64,000 nt of DNA from positions 10,605 to 74,604 of the forward strand of contig JABDDA010000002.1 of assembly GCA_013287845.1 (NCBI GenBank). Reading direction: 5' to 3'. The translations under genes and the position numbers were made by a program. Source of the stretch: Gammaproteobacteria bacterium. Lineage in GTDB: Bacteria; Pseudomonadota; Gammaproteobacteria; DSM-16500. Under the pieces are notes generated by a model that searched no databases, was not told the DNA's origin, and saw only the letters and a list, made by a program, of their open reading frames with translations. How positions within the stretch are numbered: position 1 is the stretch's first letter; the number at the start of each line of letters is the position of its first letter. Shown here piece by piece: positions 38,746-48,314 of this stretch.

Positions 38746-39741
38746 ATGAAGTTCAGTTCAGCCACAACAAAGCTATCACTCACTGAAAACCTTCAAGTGG
38801 AAAAATTTTCTGATGTAAAAACAGGTGATGTGATTTTAGCTGAAGTATTAAGCCAAAATTCAGCTTATCCTTATCTTGAACAAACAGATGGGGAATTATC
38901 TCGATTAGAAATTGGAGACAAAATTATTGGCGTCATTGGAGCAAGACAAGCATTGCGTGGTTTTGTCGGTTATTCACCTAAAAGAATAAATAATCAAAAT
39001 CCACTTTCATTATTAAATATGGGCGGCGTGATTGGTTGTCATGTGGATTCTGCAGTGGGATTAGGAGAACCCGCGAAAGTGAAATATCTTGGAACGGTGG
39101 TTGATCATCACGGCATTGTAAATATGAATCGCTCTACTCTACCGAATACCTCTTCTATCTTAAAAACACGTCAAATTATTTTAATTTTAGGAACCTGTAT
39201 GAATGTCGGAAAAACATCGAATGCAGAAAAAATAATTTTTTCAGCAACACAAGCAGGATTCAAAGTAGGTGCTGCAAAAATAGCAGGTGTTGCTGCAATA
39301 AAAGATTTGAACTGTTTTAAAAATGCAGGCGCAATTGATGTGAAAAGTTTTTTAGATTGCGGCTTACCTTCAACAGTCGATGCAGAAGATCTCGCTCAAG
39401 TTGTAAAAAATATTATTAACGCATTGAACGGTGATTTACTTGTCATTGAGTTAGGCGATGGAATCATGGGGCATTATAAAATTGAGAGTGTTCTAACAGA
39501 TCAAGAAATTATTTCACATGTCACTTCCATCGTCGTTTGTGCAGCAGACCTTGCTGCTGCCTATGGCGCTAAAAAATATTTAGAAGAATTTAAAATTAAA
39601 ATTAATGTGTTCAGTGGTCCTGCAACAGATAATATTTCAGGATCGCATTACATTGAAGAAAAATGGGGAATCCCCGCAATTAATAGCGTTAAATTTCCCA
39701 ATCAACTTTTCAAATTATTACATGCAAGGAGTGCAACATGA
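38746..39741 (+). CDS. uncharacterised P-loop protein (BioD/CobQ/DUF1611-like), first gene of the argC operon
   Basis: I prefer the ATG at 38746 (GAGGTG RBS) over the TTG at 38677. ILILGTCMNVGKT P-loop followed by LLVIELGDGIMGHY. Its stop overlaps the argC start (ATGA at 39738). Confidence 0.6.
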   Translation: MKFSSATTKLSLTENLQVEKFSDVKTGDVILAEVLSQNSAYPYLEQTDGELSRLEIGDKIIGVIGARQALRGFVGYSPKRINNQNPLSLLNMGGVIGCHVDSAVGLGEPAKVKYLGTVVDHHGIVNMNRSTLPNTSSILKTRQIILILGTCMNVGKTSNAEKIIFSATQAGFKVGAAKIAGVAAIKDLNCFKNAGAIDVKSFLDCGLPSTVDAEDLAQVVKNIINALNGDLLVIELGDGIMGHYKIESVLTDQEIISHVTSIVVCAADLAAAYGAKKYLEEFKIKINVFSGPATDNISGSHYIEEKWGIPAINSVKFPNQLFKLLHARSAT

Positions 39742-40742
39742 TTCCATGCGCGATTGTGGGCGGATCAGGCTATATCGGCGGAGAACTCATTCGACTTTTA
39801 TTATCACATCCTAAAATTAATTTAGTCGCTGTTACAGCTAATGAAATGGCAGGTTTTCCGATATCAAAATCACATCCTAACTTAAGTCATGTGGATATGA
39901 ATTTTAATACGTTAGAAAATATTCATCCTGCCGAAGTTATTTTTTCTGCACTTCCTCATGGAAAATTAATGGAAGTGATTCATTCATTTTCTGGAAAAAC
40001 TATTATTGATACTTCAGCTGATTTTCGTCTTCAAAACCAATCTGAATTTGAAAAATTTTATAAAACATCTCACTGCGCATTTGAAAAAACAAAATTATTT
40101 TCATATGGATTGCCCGAATTATTTCGATCCACAATAAAAACCGCAAAAAATATTGCAGCACCAGGTTGTTTTGCAACTGCAGCAATTCTTTCTATTTTTC
40201 CCATTGTCGCTGAACAGCTAAATAAAGAAATTATCATCAATGCCGTCACAGGATCCTCAGGTTCTGGAATAAAACCTAAAGATAAAACAAATCATTCTTT
40301 TCGCGCAGATAGTTTTTATGCGTATGAATTATTTAATCACCGTCATGTTCCAGAAATAAAACAAGCACTGCTTCATAAAACAGGGCATGATATTGATCTT
40401 ACTTTTCAACCGCATTCTGGGCCTTTTGTTCGCGGCATTTATGCAACATCAATTATTAAATTAAATAAAAAAATTACCCGATCAGAATTATTAAACATTT
40501 ATAAAAAATATTATTCTGATGATTATTTTATTCGTTTGGTTGACGACACACCGAATATTAAATGGGTACAAAATACTAATTTTTGTGATTTAGGAATTGA
40601 AACGAATGGACACACCGCCATCATCACAACTGCCATTGATAATTTATTGAAAGGTGGTGCTGCGCAAGCAGTACAATGTTTCAATATCATAAATCAATTC
40701 GATGAGCGCACGGGGTTACCTTTATTTTCTTCAAATCCATAA
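39738..40742 (+). CDS. argC: N-acetyl-gamma-glutamyl-phosphate reductase
   Basis: IVGGSGYIGGELIRLL NAD-binding motif and catalytic-Cys motif APGCFATAA. Confidence 0.9.
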   Translation: MIPCAIVGGSGYIGGELIRLLLSHPKINLVAVTANEMAGFPISKSHPNLSHVDMNFNTLENIHPAEVIFSALPHGKLMEVIHSFSGKTIIDTSADFRLQNQSEFEKFYKTSHCAFEKTKLFSYGLPELFRSTIKTAKNIAAPGCFATAAILSIFPIVAEQLNKEIIINAVTGSSGSGIKPKDKTNHSFRADSFYAYELFNHRHVPEIKQALLHKTGHDIDLTFQPHSGPFVRGIYATSIIKLNKKITRSELLNIYKKYYSDDYFIRLVDDTPNIKWVQNTNFCDLGIETNGHTAIITTAIDNLLKGGAAQAVQCFNIINQFDERTGLPLFSSNP

Positions 40743-40752
40743 AGAGAATGAT

Positions 40753-41559
40753 ATGAAATCAAAAAAAATTTTCGTGATTAAAATCGGCGGAGAAATAATA
40801 AGTGACCCCAATCATTTTAATTTACTATGCAAAGAAATTGCTAAATTAAAAAAAGAAAATAATCACATAGTGATCGTCCACGGTGGAGGAAAACAAATTA
40901 CTGAAATGGAAGAAAAGCTGGGGAACACTCCTAAAATAATCAATGGAAGACGAATCACAGATGAACATTCCATCGACATCGTGAAAATGATTTTGGGGAA
41001 AATAAATATTGAAATCACTGGCGCATTAAAAAAACAGGGGATTTCTGCTGTGGGATTAAGCGGTGTGGATGGAAATATTTTACACGCAGAACGTCGCTCG
41101 CCTAAACCGATTGATTATGGTTTCGTAGGAAATATTGTTTCTACGCATCCTGAATTAGTATTGACTCTGATAGAAAAAAATTTTCTGCCTGTTGTTGCAC
41201 CGTTAGCTTCTGATCATGATGGAATGATTTACAATATTAATGCAGACACAGTTGCAACAACGCTTGCACTTTCTTTGAAGGCAACTCAATTAATTATTTT
41301 AACAAACACGGAGGGAGTCTATGATCAAAATGGAATTATTTTCCCTTATTTAACATGCCAAAAAGCATTGTCGTTAATAAAAGAAGGAATTATCACGCAT
41401 GGAATGATTGCTAAAATAGAATCCATTCATTCTGCCATTAAATCAGGCATTCAAGCAGTCCATCTCATCAATGGCTTTAAACCTGAAAAATTAGCCGCTA
41501 TTTTTTCTGGAAAATCACTGGGCACACTGATTACAAAAGAAGAAATCTATTATGAATGA
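40753..41559 (+). CDS. argB: acetylglutamate kinase
   Basis: VIKIGGEII and IVIVHGGGKQI amino-acid-kinase motifs. I prefer the ATG at 40753 because the track start at 40702 overlaps argC. Confidence 0.9.
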   Translation: MKSKKIFVIKIGGEIISDPNHFNLLCKEIAKLKKENNHIVIVHGGGKQITEMEEKLGNTPKIINGRRITDEHSIDIVKMILGKINIEITGALKKQGISAVGLSGVDGNILHAERRSPKPIDYGFVGNIVSTHPELVLTLIEKNFLPVVAPLASDHDGMIYNINADTVATTLALSLKATQLIILTNTEGVYDQNGIIFPYLTCQKALSLIKEGIITHGMIAKIESIHSAIKSGIQAVHLINGFKPEKLAAIFSGKSLGTLITKEEIYYE

Positions 41560-42748
41560 TATTTATCAAACACATTCAAAAAATTATTTAATGAACACTT
41601 ACGCGCGTTATCCTATTACACTTCTCAAAGGCGATGGCGCATATGTGTGGGATGCGAATGGAAAAAAATATTTAGATTTCTTAAGTGGAATTGGTTGCAC
41701 ATCACTGGGTCACGCGAATCCTATCATTGAACAAGCTATTTTCGAGCAAGTAAAAAAAATAGTGCACACGTCTAATTTATATTATTCACCACCGAGTATT
41801 GATCTCGCAAAATATTTAGTGGATCACGGCGGTTTAGATAAAATATTTTTTTGTAATTCGGGGACTGAAGCAAATGAAGCGGCTATCAAACTTGCACGAA
41901 AATATCAGTGGCGCAAAGGAAAAAAAAATAAAAATATTATTTTAAGCGCAACAAATTCATTTCATGGACGAACATTAGGTTCTCTTGCTGCAACAGCAAA
42001 ACCAATTTTACAAGAAGGTTTTGGGCCTATGCCCTCTGCTTTTAAATATCAATCATGGAATGATACAAAATTATTTTGTGATGCAATTGATGAAAATGTT
42101 GCTGCGGTGATTTTAGAACCGATTCAAGGTGAAGGTGGAATACAAATTGCGCCGCCGGATTTTTTAAATGCAGTACGATCCGCATGCGATGCTGCAGATG
42201 CATTATTAATTTTTGATGAAGTACAATGTGGTTTAGGCAGAACAGGAAATTTATTTGCTTATCAAACAATGAATGTCATTCCAGATATTATTACGTTAGC
42301 AAAAGGCATTGCAAATGGTTTACCTCTTGGCGTTGTGTGTGCAAAAAATCATATTGCAGATGCATTTAAACCGAAAGATCACGGAACTACTTTTGGTGGA
42401 AATCCTGTTTCTTGTGCAGCTGCATTAGCAAATTTAACGACCCTTTTAAATCAAGATTATCTGCATAAAATAAAAAAATTAAGTTTATATTTAATGCATC
42501 GTTTAGAAAAATTAAAAAGACAATGTCCCACTCAAATTAAAACAATACGCGGAATAGGATTAATGATAGGAATAGAATTAACAATCCCTCCAACCGCTGT
42601 ACTCACACATTGTCAAAACTCTGGATTACTCATCAATGTGACAGCTGAAAATGTATTACGAATGTTACCGCCCTATGTCATCACTGAAGAAGATATTGAT
42701 TTTGCTATTGATGTTATTGAGAAGTCCCTTAAAATAGCTTCTTATTAA
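41552..42748 (+). CDS. argD: acetylornithine aminotransferase
   Basis: Class III aminotransferase features: GIGCTSLGHANP, FCNSGTEANEAAIKLAR, LIFDEVQCGLGRTG, with the PLP lysine in TLAKGIANG. Confidence 0.9.
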   Translation: MNDIYQTHSKNYLMNTYARYPITLLKGDGAYVWDANGKKYLDFLSGIGCTSLGHANPIIEQAIFEQVKKIVHTSNLYYSPPSIDLAKYLVDHGGLDKIFFCNSGTEANEAAIKLARKYQWRKGKKNKNIILSATNSFHGRTLGSLAATAKPILQEGFGPMPSAFKYQSWNDTKLFCDAIDENVAAVILEPIQGEGGIQIAPPDFLNAVRSACDAADALLIFDEVQCGLGRTGNLFAYQTMNVIPDIITLAKGIANGLPLGVVCAKNHIADAFKPKDHGTTFGGNPVSCAAALANLTTLLNQDYLHKIKKLSLYLMHRLEKLKRQCPTQIKTIRGIGLMIGIELTIPPTAVLTHCQNSGLLINVTAENVLRMLPPYVITEEDIDFAIDVIEKSLKIASY

Positions 42749-42764
42749 TTTAAGGATTTTCATT

Positions 42765-43217
42765 ATGCGGAAAAAAAATAAAGCAGACCTCATCATTGCA
42801 GTACAAGAATTATTACAAAAAAAAACCGTAGGCACGCAAGAAGAAATTCGCGCTGCATTAGAGCAAAAAGGATTTTCAGTCCATCAAGTGAAAGTATCAC
42901 GTGTGTTACATAAAATGGGCGCAATTAAAATAAATGAAGGTGATCAGGTTGTTTATCGGCTACCGACTGAACTTGTTTCTATTACACCCAATGATTCATT
43001 AAAACAATTAATATTAAATATTACACATAATGAATCACTCATTGTGATTCAAACAGCTCCCGGATGCGCTCAATTTGTCGCGAGATTTTTAGATCAAAAA
43101 AATGATATTGGAATTTTAGGAACCGTTGCAGGCGATGATACTGTTTTTGTTGCGCCTGAAAAAACAAAACAAATTAAAAATATTCATCAGAAAATTTATA
43201 AGATGTTGCTAGGATAG
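42765..43217 (+). CDS. argR: arginine repressor
   Basis: 150 aa. Winged-helix N-terminus (TQEEIRAALEQKGFSVHQVKVSRVLHKMG) and a C-terminal oligomerisation core with GTVAGDDTVFV. Confidence 0.88.
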   Translation: MRKKNKADLIIAVQELLQKKTVGTQEEIRAALEQKGFSVHQVKVSRVLHKMGAIKINEGDQVVYRLPTELVSITPNDSLKQLILNITHNESLIVIQTAPGCAQFVARFLDQKNDIGILGTVAGDDTVFVAPEKTKQIKNIHQKIYKMLLG

Positions 43218-43243
43218 ACTCATACTACTCATTTGATAAAATA

Positions 43244-43270
43244 CAACTGTAGCCAAAAAAGCTACAGTTG
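43244..43270. terminator. hairpin terminator between convergent argR and the isochorismatase-family gene
   Basis: Perfect 10-bp stem CAACTGTAGC with GCTACAGTTG and a 7-nt loop. A U-rich tract follows only on the minus-strand transcript. Confidence 0.5.
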
Positions 43271-43319
43271 CAGCCTAAAAAGCTTCAGATAGAAATCACT
43301 CAAAGAAAAAATTTCATTT

Positions 43320-43940
43320 TTATTTTTTCGAAAAATATTCGTTTAACCCATACACTAAACTAGCAAATGGCATATCAAGACCACTATAAACTGCAAAAGC
43401 AAGTGGATTAGCATTATCTTTTAACATTTCAACAACGACATTTGAATAACCCACTGTTTTAACACCTGCTTGCACCATTCGTGTCACACCGAGCTCTCCT
43501 TGTTTGATTGTGAATGCGCCTGATGCATCAATCACTGCGTAAACATCATAACCTTTTCCTGTAGCAGTGATTGCAGGATATGCAAGACATACATCAGTTG
43601 TTATTCCAGTTATAATCAATTTTTTTCGACCTGTTTTTTCAATTGCATTAGCAACACGTTGATCATCCCATGCATTAACTGTCGTGCGTTCAATGATAGG
43701 AATTTCTTTTAATAATTCTCGCAATTCTGGAATCATTGGCCCCCACATACTTTCTGTTGTTGTTGTGACGATAATGGGAATACCAAAAACTTTCATTGCT
43801 TTTACTAATCCAAGAATATTGTGTTTCAACTCATCAATAGGTATATCTCTTACTCCCGTATATAAACCTATTTGATGGTCAACTACTACGAGAGCAGAAT
43901 TTTCTTGGGTAATCGTTTCATAATATTCTTTCCTGGTCAT
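43320..43940 (-). CDS. isochorismatase-family cysteine hydrolase (YcaC-like)
   Basis: 206 aa with ALVVVDHQ, LIITGITTDVCL (catalytic Cys) and KVFGIPII motifs. Confidence 0.8.
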   Translation of the reverse strand: MTRKEYYETITQENSALVVVDHQIGLYTGVRDIPIDELKHNILGLVKAMKVFGIPIIVTTTTESMWGPMIPELRELLKEIPIIERTTVNAWDDQRVANAIEKTGRKKLIITGITTDVCLAYPAITATGKGYDVYAVIDASGAFTIKQGELGVTRMVQAGVKTVGYSNVVVEMLKDNANPLAFAVYSGLDMPFASLVYGLNEYFSKK

Positions 43941-44010
43941 TTTCTATCTCCTTAATGATAATTATTTTGACGCATATAACTATTATTATTTATTAATAGT
44001 CATATAGCCC

Positions 44011-45228
44011 CTATGATTCTCGCACTTGTTCTCGATCCCTCACCACACCAAAAAATACCACCACACTTAACAACATCAATACAAAATAAATCGCGCATAA
44101 AATAAAAGCATTATTCGCGTGAATAAAACTCATCATAAAAGAAGTAACGCTCGTCAAAGAAATATTAATTAAAATCATCATCGCAATACTACTTCCCGCG
44201 ATATGTTTAAAAAGTGAAATCGCCTTTCCCATGCATGCACCATACACAATGCCACAATCAATAAACATCAATACGGTTGAACTTGCAATCACCCACATCA
44301 CTGATTGCTCATAATAAGAAATCACACCCATCACAAACGACATTAAAAAGAAAAATAAAATAGAAAATAAAATAATTTTGATTGCATCATACAGCTGCAT
44401 AAGAAGCCGACAGGTAATTGTCGCTAATAAAAACACACATCCCATAAACAATGCAAGATGTCCGAAATAAATAGAAGTGTGATTTAATGTTTGCTGAATT
44501 AAAAAAGGCCCTAACGTATTAAATACAATTAATAACGAGTATGTTAAACCCATTAATATCACGATACCCATAAATATTTTATTCGATATAATTAAAATAA
44601 AATTATTTTTGATATGCGTGATATTTAAAGGATGTCGATTGAAATGTGTTTCAGGGATAAATATAAAGAAAATAATTAATGAAATTAATCCCATGATTGC
44701 AAAAAAATAAAAACACGCTGTCCATCCAAAATAAAATTGAAGATATCCTCCAATTACAGGGCCAATAATAGGACCGATTCCCCACATCATTGAAACGATC
44801 ACACCAATGCGCACTAATTGTGTTGGCGATAATAAATCAGCAAGCACAGCACGACCGATGACAGAAAAAAATCCCAACGTAATTCCTTGCAATAATCTTG
44901 CGATTAACAATACTGATACAGAAGACCAATACGTCGGTAATAAACTTGAAATAATAAATAAAATAAATCCTGCGATGATTAAACGACGCCGTCCCCATGC
45001 GTCGGAAAGAAATCCCGAACAAAAACTTCCGACGGCATAACCCAACAAATAAATCGTAATTAAATTTTTTGAAAACATTTTAGAGGTATTCAAACTAGTA
45101 CTAATTGCAGGGAGGGAAGGCGCAATTAAATCAATGCCCATTCCTACCAAAGGATAAAGCGCTAAAATAAAAAAAACGATTAAATGAATTCGTTCAGACG
45201 ATAATGTTGGTTTTAATAGCTGATCCAT
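44011..45228 (-). CDS. MFS transporter (DHA1 drug/H+ antiporter-like)
   Basis: 12 predicted TM segments. Motif A GFLSDAWGRRRLIIAG. Confidence 0.78.
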   Translation of the reverse strand: MDQLLKPTLSSERIHLIVFFILALYPLVGMGIDLIAPSLPAISTSLNTSKMFSKNLITIYLLGYAVGSFCSGFLSDAWGRRRLIIAGFILFIISSLLPTYWSSVSVLLIARLLQGITLGFFSVIGRAVLADLLSPTQLVRIGVIVSMMWGIGPIIGPVIGGYLQFYFGWTACFYFFAIMGLISLIIFFIFIPETHFNRHPLNITHIKNNFILIISNKIFMGIVILMGLTYSLLIVFNTLGPFLIQQTLNHTSIYFGHLALFMGCVFLLATITCRLLMQLYDAIKIILFSILFFFLMSFVMGVISYYEQSVMWVIASSTVLMFIDCGIVYGACMGKAISLFKHIAGSSIAMMILINISLTSVTSFMMSFIHANNAFILCAIYFVLMLLSVVVFFGVVRDREQVRES

Positions 45229-45238
45229 TCATAAATCC

Positions 45239-46114
45239 TTACATAGAAGTAATTTTCGCTTGCCGCAATAATCGTTTTACTTTCCGATAAATAGTATCAA
45301 ACTCTGGTAAATTTGCCATTTGTGTTGATAATCGAGTTTCCCATGTTTTTTTGAGGCGGGGTTGTTTTTTATGAAATTCTTCACGTATCTCATGTAATAA
45401 TTTATTTCGATGAATGAGCTTAGCATGAATCGCCTCTAAGCAATCACTTAAATCAATCAAATGACTTTGTTCTGTCAAATACCAAAGATCATATAAATCT
45501 CGCGGTTCTGTTCGCGCTCGATCAAGAAGCGCAATTATTTTTTCAGCTGCAATTTCATAAAGAGAATACACAAATATTTTTTCCGATTCAGGAAGATCAG
45601 TAAACTCATGACAATTTTTAAGCACAGAAATTTTTTCTGGTTTATAAAAAATTTTTTCTTTAATCGTAATATCCACTTTAATTTCTTTAATCATTGATGC
45701 TGTTGGAAGAGGTCCTTCATATTTTAAATAAAATGTATGACTATTTTGATGAGCAACTGCATCAGTACGTGAAAACTGAAAAGTAATATTAGATGCGCGT
45801 TTAATTTCTTCATAAACATGTTCGAGCTCTTGTTTGAGTTCATCAAAAGAAATTGATTTCAACAGTGTGAAATCAAGATCTTCTGAAAAGCGATAATCAG
45901 AAAAATAACATCGCCGCAGTGCAGTTCCACCCTTAAAAACAAGCTTATTTTTAAGCGGAGCACGTGATAATCCAATTAAAAACCAAGCAATACAATAATC
46001 ACGCTCCAATATATTTTCTGGAATGCGTCTACCACCCTGTTCTTTCAATAATCGATTTGAAAGTTTAGAAATTTGACTTTGCAGAATCATTTTTTTATGT
46101 CCTTCTGATGGCAA
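45239..46114 (-). CDS. AbiEii-family nucleotidyltransferase toxin (pair 3)
   Basis: FKGGTALRRCYFSDYRFSEDLDF. Same subfamily as pair 1. The start may be at 46090. Confidence 0.8.
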   Translation of the reverse strand: MPSEGHKKMILQSQISKLSNRLLKEQGGRRIPENILERDYCIAWFLIGLSRAPLKNKLVFKGGTALRRCYFSDYRFSEDLDFTLLKSISFDELKQELEHVYEEIKRASNITFQFSRTDAVAHQNSHTFYLKYEGPLPTASMIKEIKVDITIKEKIFYKPEKISVLKNCHEFTDLPESEKIFVYSLYEIAAEKIIALLDRARTEPRDLYDLWYLTEQSHLIDLSDCLEAIHAKLIHRNKLLHEIREEFHKKQPRLKKTWETRLSTQMANLPEFDTIYRKVKRLLRQAKITSM

Positions 46115-46943
46115 GAAGTTCTTCTTGCGAAATATTTAATCTTAATCGCCATTTTGCTGTATGCTGACCTTCTGCGGGAAGATCAGGATCAAGCAAATGA
46201 TAAGTAGGTGTTAGCGTTTTTCTTAAAAAATCCCAATAAATTTTTGAACCTATTTGATAAAGTTCCATTAAATAACCCAATCTCCGATTCACTGCACCCA
46301 TTTCTAATTGAATGGCATAATCCACTAATTTTTGTGGATCAATCATTTGATGCTTAATAGAAAATGCTTTTGCAACTTCAGAAAATCCTCCGCAATAAGC
46401 AGGTTGTTTTAAACCATCGATGAGTGTGCGTTCCAAATCACTCACGCGAATTTTTTCACTTTTATCTATCCACATTTCTGTTATTCCAAAAAGATTTTCT
46501 TTTTTACATCGCACAAATTTAAATTCCATTCCTTGAATATTTTTGGGATGGATCATTTTAGGCGAACTGACATAAACGATAAGTTGCGGTTGTGTTGACA
46601 TTTGATGTAAATCAAATGCGGAGCCATGAGAAAGATAATATTCTTTGTTAAGATGTCGACTACCCACGACTAATTCACGCGCGACTAAATAAGGATTACC
46701 TAAATATTCTCGTTCAAAACCTAATTCAAAAGGAACAAGACGAAACACGCCCGATTTTAGTCGAGTCACGACACCATTACGAATCAATTGTGAAAGTGCT
46801 TTTGATGCGGGCGCACGTCCACCTAAAATTTTTTCTGCTTCTAAAAAATGAAAAATAGGACGATGCTGGCTGTAAAGAGTGGTAACCAAACAACCCGCAA
46901 GTGAACCTAATTTCTTAATGGAATCATTATAATTTTTATTCAT
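46095..46943 (-). CDS. AbiEi-family antitoxin (pair 3)
   Basis: 282 aa with LIRNGVVTRLKSGVFRLVP and SHGSAFDLHQMSTQ motifs. Located upstream of and overlapping AbiEii. Confidence 0.75.
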   Translation of the reverse strand: MNKNYNDSIKKLGSLAGCLVTTLYSQHRPIFHFLEAEKILGGRAPASKALSQLIRNGVVTRLKSGVFRLVPFELGFEREYLGNPYLVARELVVGSRHLNKEYYLSHGSAFDLHQMSTQPQLIVYVSSPKMIHPKNIQGMEFKFVRCKKENLFGITEMWIDKSEKIRVSDLERTLIDGLKQPAYCGGFSEVAKAFSIKHQMIDPQKLVDYAIQLEMGAVNRRLGYLMELYQIGSKIYWDFLRKTLTPTYHLLDPDLPAEGQHTAKWRLRLNISQEELLAIRRT

Positions 46944-47066
46944 AATAACCCTCCAATAAGTATATTATGAACGAATAATATCATTTTTCAAATGATTTAT
47001 TATAAAATAAGTTAAAAAAATATCTTTTAAAGGTATTTTTTTAACTTAAATTATAATATACAAAAA

Positions 47067-47120
47067 CGACAGTTTCATCGTCGTCCCGAGACATGTTTTA
47101 CGTCGAGGGATCTCCATGGA
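47067..47120. repeat. GC-rich palindromic intergenic repeat, medium copy
   Basis: CGACAGTTTCATCGTCGTCCCGAGACATGTTTTACGTCGAGGGATCTCCATGGA aligns with the core of the element at 9369..9436. Confidence 0.65.
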
Positions 47121-47181
47121 AATTTGGGAAATATGAAAAATAAAGTATAATAACGCTCTTTTTCATTAATAGGTTCATTTT

Positions 47182-48276
47182 ATGGCACAAAGCAACTTAC
47201 GAAATTACTCTAGCAATCACTATACAAATATTGATGAAAAAGATATTGCTGATGTGATTCAGTTACTTTTTGAAAATGCAAACTCAACTGCCTATCAAAA
47301 TAAAGAACCGTGGCGAATCGCGTATCAAAATAGCATTCCACTCTTATTGGTTTCATTAAAAGGTGAAGATAAAAAGCTTTATGAGATTATTTTGAAAAAA
47401 ATGGGAACTGAAATTGCAACATTTGAAAAATCACATCCTGATTTTGCTGCATGGATGTGGGGAAGAGTTTTATTTGCTGCAATCAATATGGGAAATGATG
47501 AATACACTATTATCCGTGCAGCAACTAAAATAGAAAACTGTCTCAACCGTGCGGGACGCAATGCAGTTTCTGCGTGGGGCTTTGGATATTTAGCTCGGTA
47601 TTATACTTACGGCGCAACAGCAGCACTCAGCAGCATCAATAAAAAATATCATTTTTGCATAAGTAAAGCGTTGGAAATAACAGAATCATTACCAACAAAA
47701 ACCCCTGATGATATTTCAAGTGCATTATGGAGTTACGTCATGATGTTACACGCAAGTGCAACACATCATGATGACAGAATGACTTTTAACCAAATTTCTG
47801 AAAAAATGAAAGCAATAACAAAAACAAGTTCAATTGATGATGCACTTGAAAAAATACCTTCATCAGATTTTAAAAAATGGGCCATGAGCACAACCTATGT
47901 CAGCACAGCAATGATGGGTGGTGATGAAAAAATTTGTACGCACGAAAAATTAAATATGATGCTGATGCACAGCAAGCATGAAATAGAAGTAGCTTATAAA
48001 AAACTTTCTTCCCTCCATTTAGATGCAAAAAGCACAGCAGTCGATTTAAAAAATTTTGAAAATTTAAATAGAGATTTAGGAAACAGTGCATTAGCTTTTT
48101 TATATGCCGCGTATGCTGAATGCTGCTTAACGCAAAAGCCTCAAAATAAATCTGCGCATGCGCAAAGTATCAATGCACTCATGGCAGATACACATGGAAA
48201 TACAGCTGCAGCTGCAGCTGCAACTACTGCTACTGCACCACCGAAAAATCCCATCTTCAAGAAGAAAATAAAATGA
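47182..48276 (+). CDS. hypothetical protein (364 aa) with poly-Ala/Thr C-terminal tail
   Basis: Long ORF with a TATAAT-like box about 35 nt upstream. The tail is NTAAAAAATTATAPPKNPIFKKKIK, encoded by a GCN/ACN trinucleotide run at 48201..48240. Confidence 0.55.
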   Translation: MAQSNLRNYSSNHYTNIDEKDIADVIQLLFENANSTAYQNKEPWRIAYQNSIPLLLVSLKGEDKKLYEIILKKMGTEIATFEKSHPDFAAWMWGRVLFAAINMGNDEYTIIRAATKIENCLNRAGRNAVSAWGFGYLARYYTYGATAALSSINKKYHFCISKALEITESLPTKTPDDISSALWSYVMMLHASATHHDDRMTFNQISEKMKAITKTSSIDDALEKIPSSDFKKWAMSTTYVSTAMMGGDEKICTHEKLNMMLMHSKHEIEVAYKKLSSLHLDAKSTAVDLKNFENLNRDLGNSALAFLYAAYAECCLTQKPQNKSAHAQSINALMADTHGNTAAAAAATTATAPPKNPIFKKKIK

Positions 48277-48314
48277 ATATTTGCGCAACAAACATAACCT
48301 GCTAATATTCGCCG

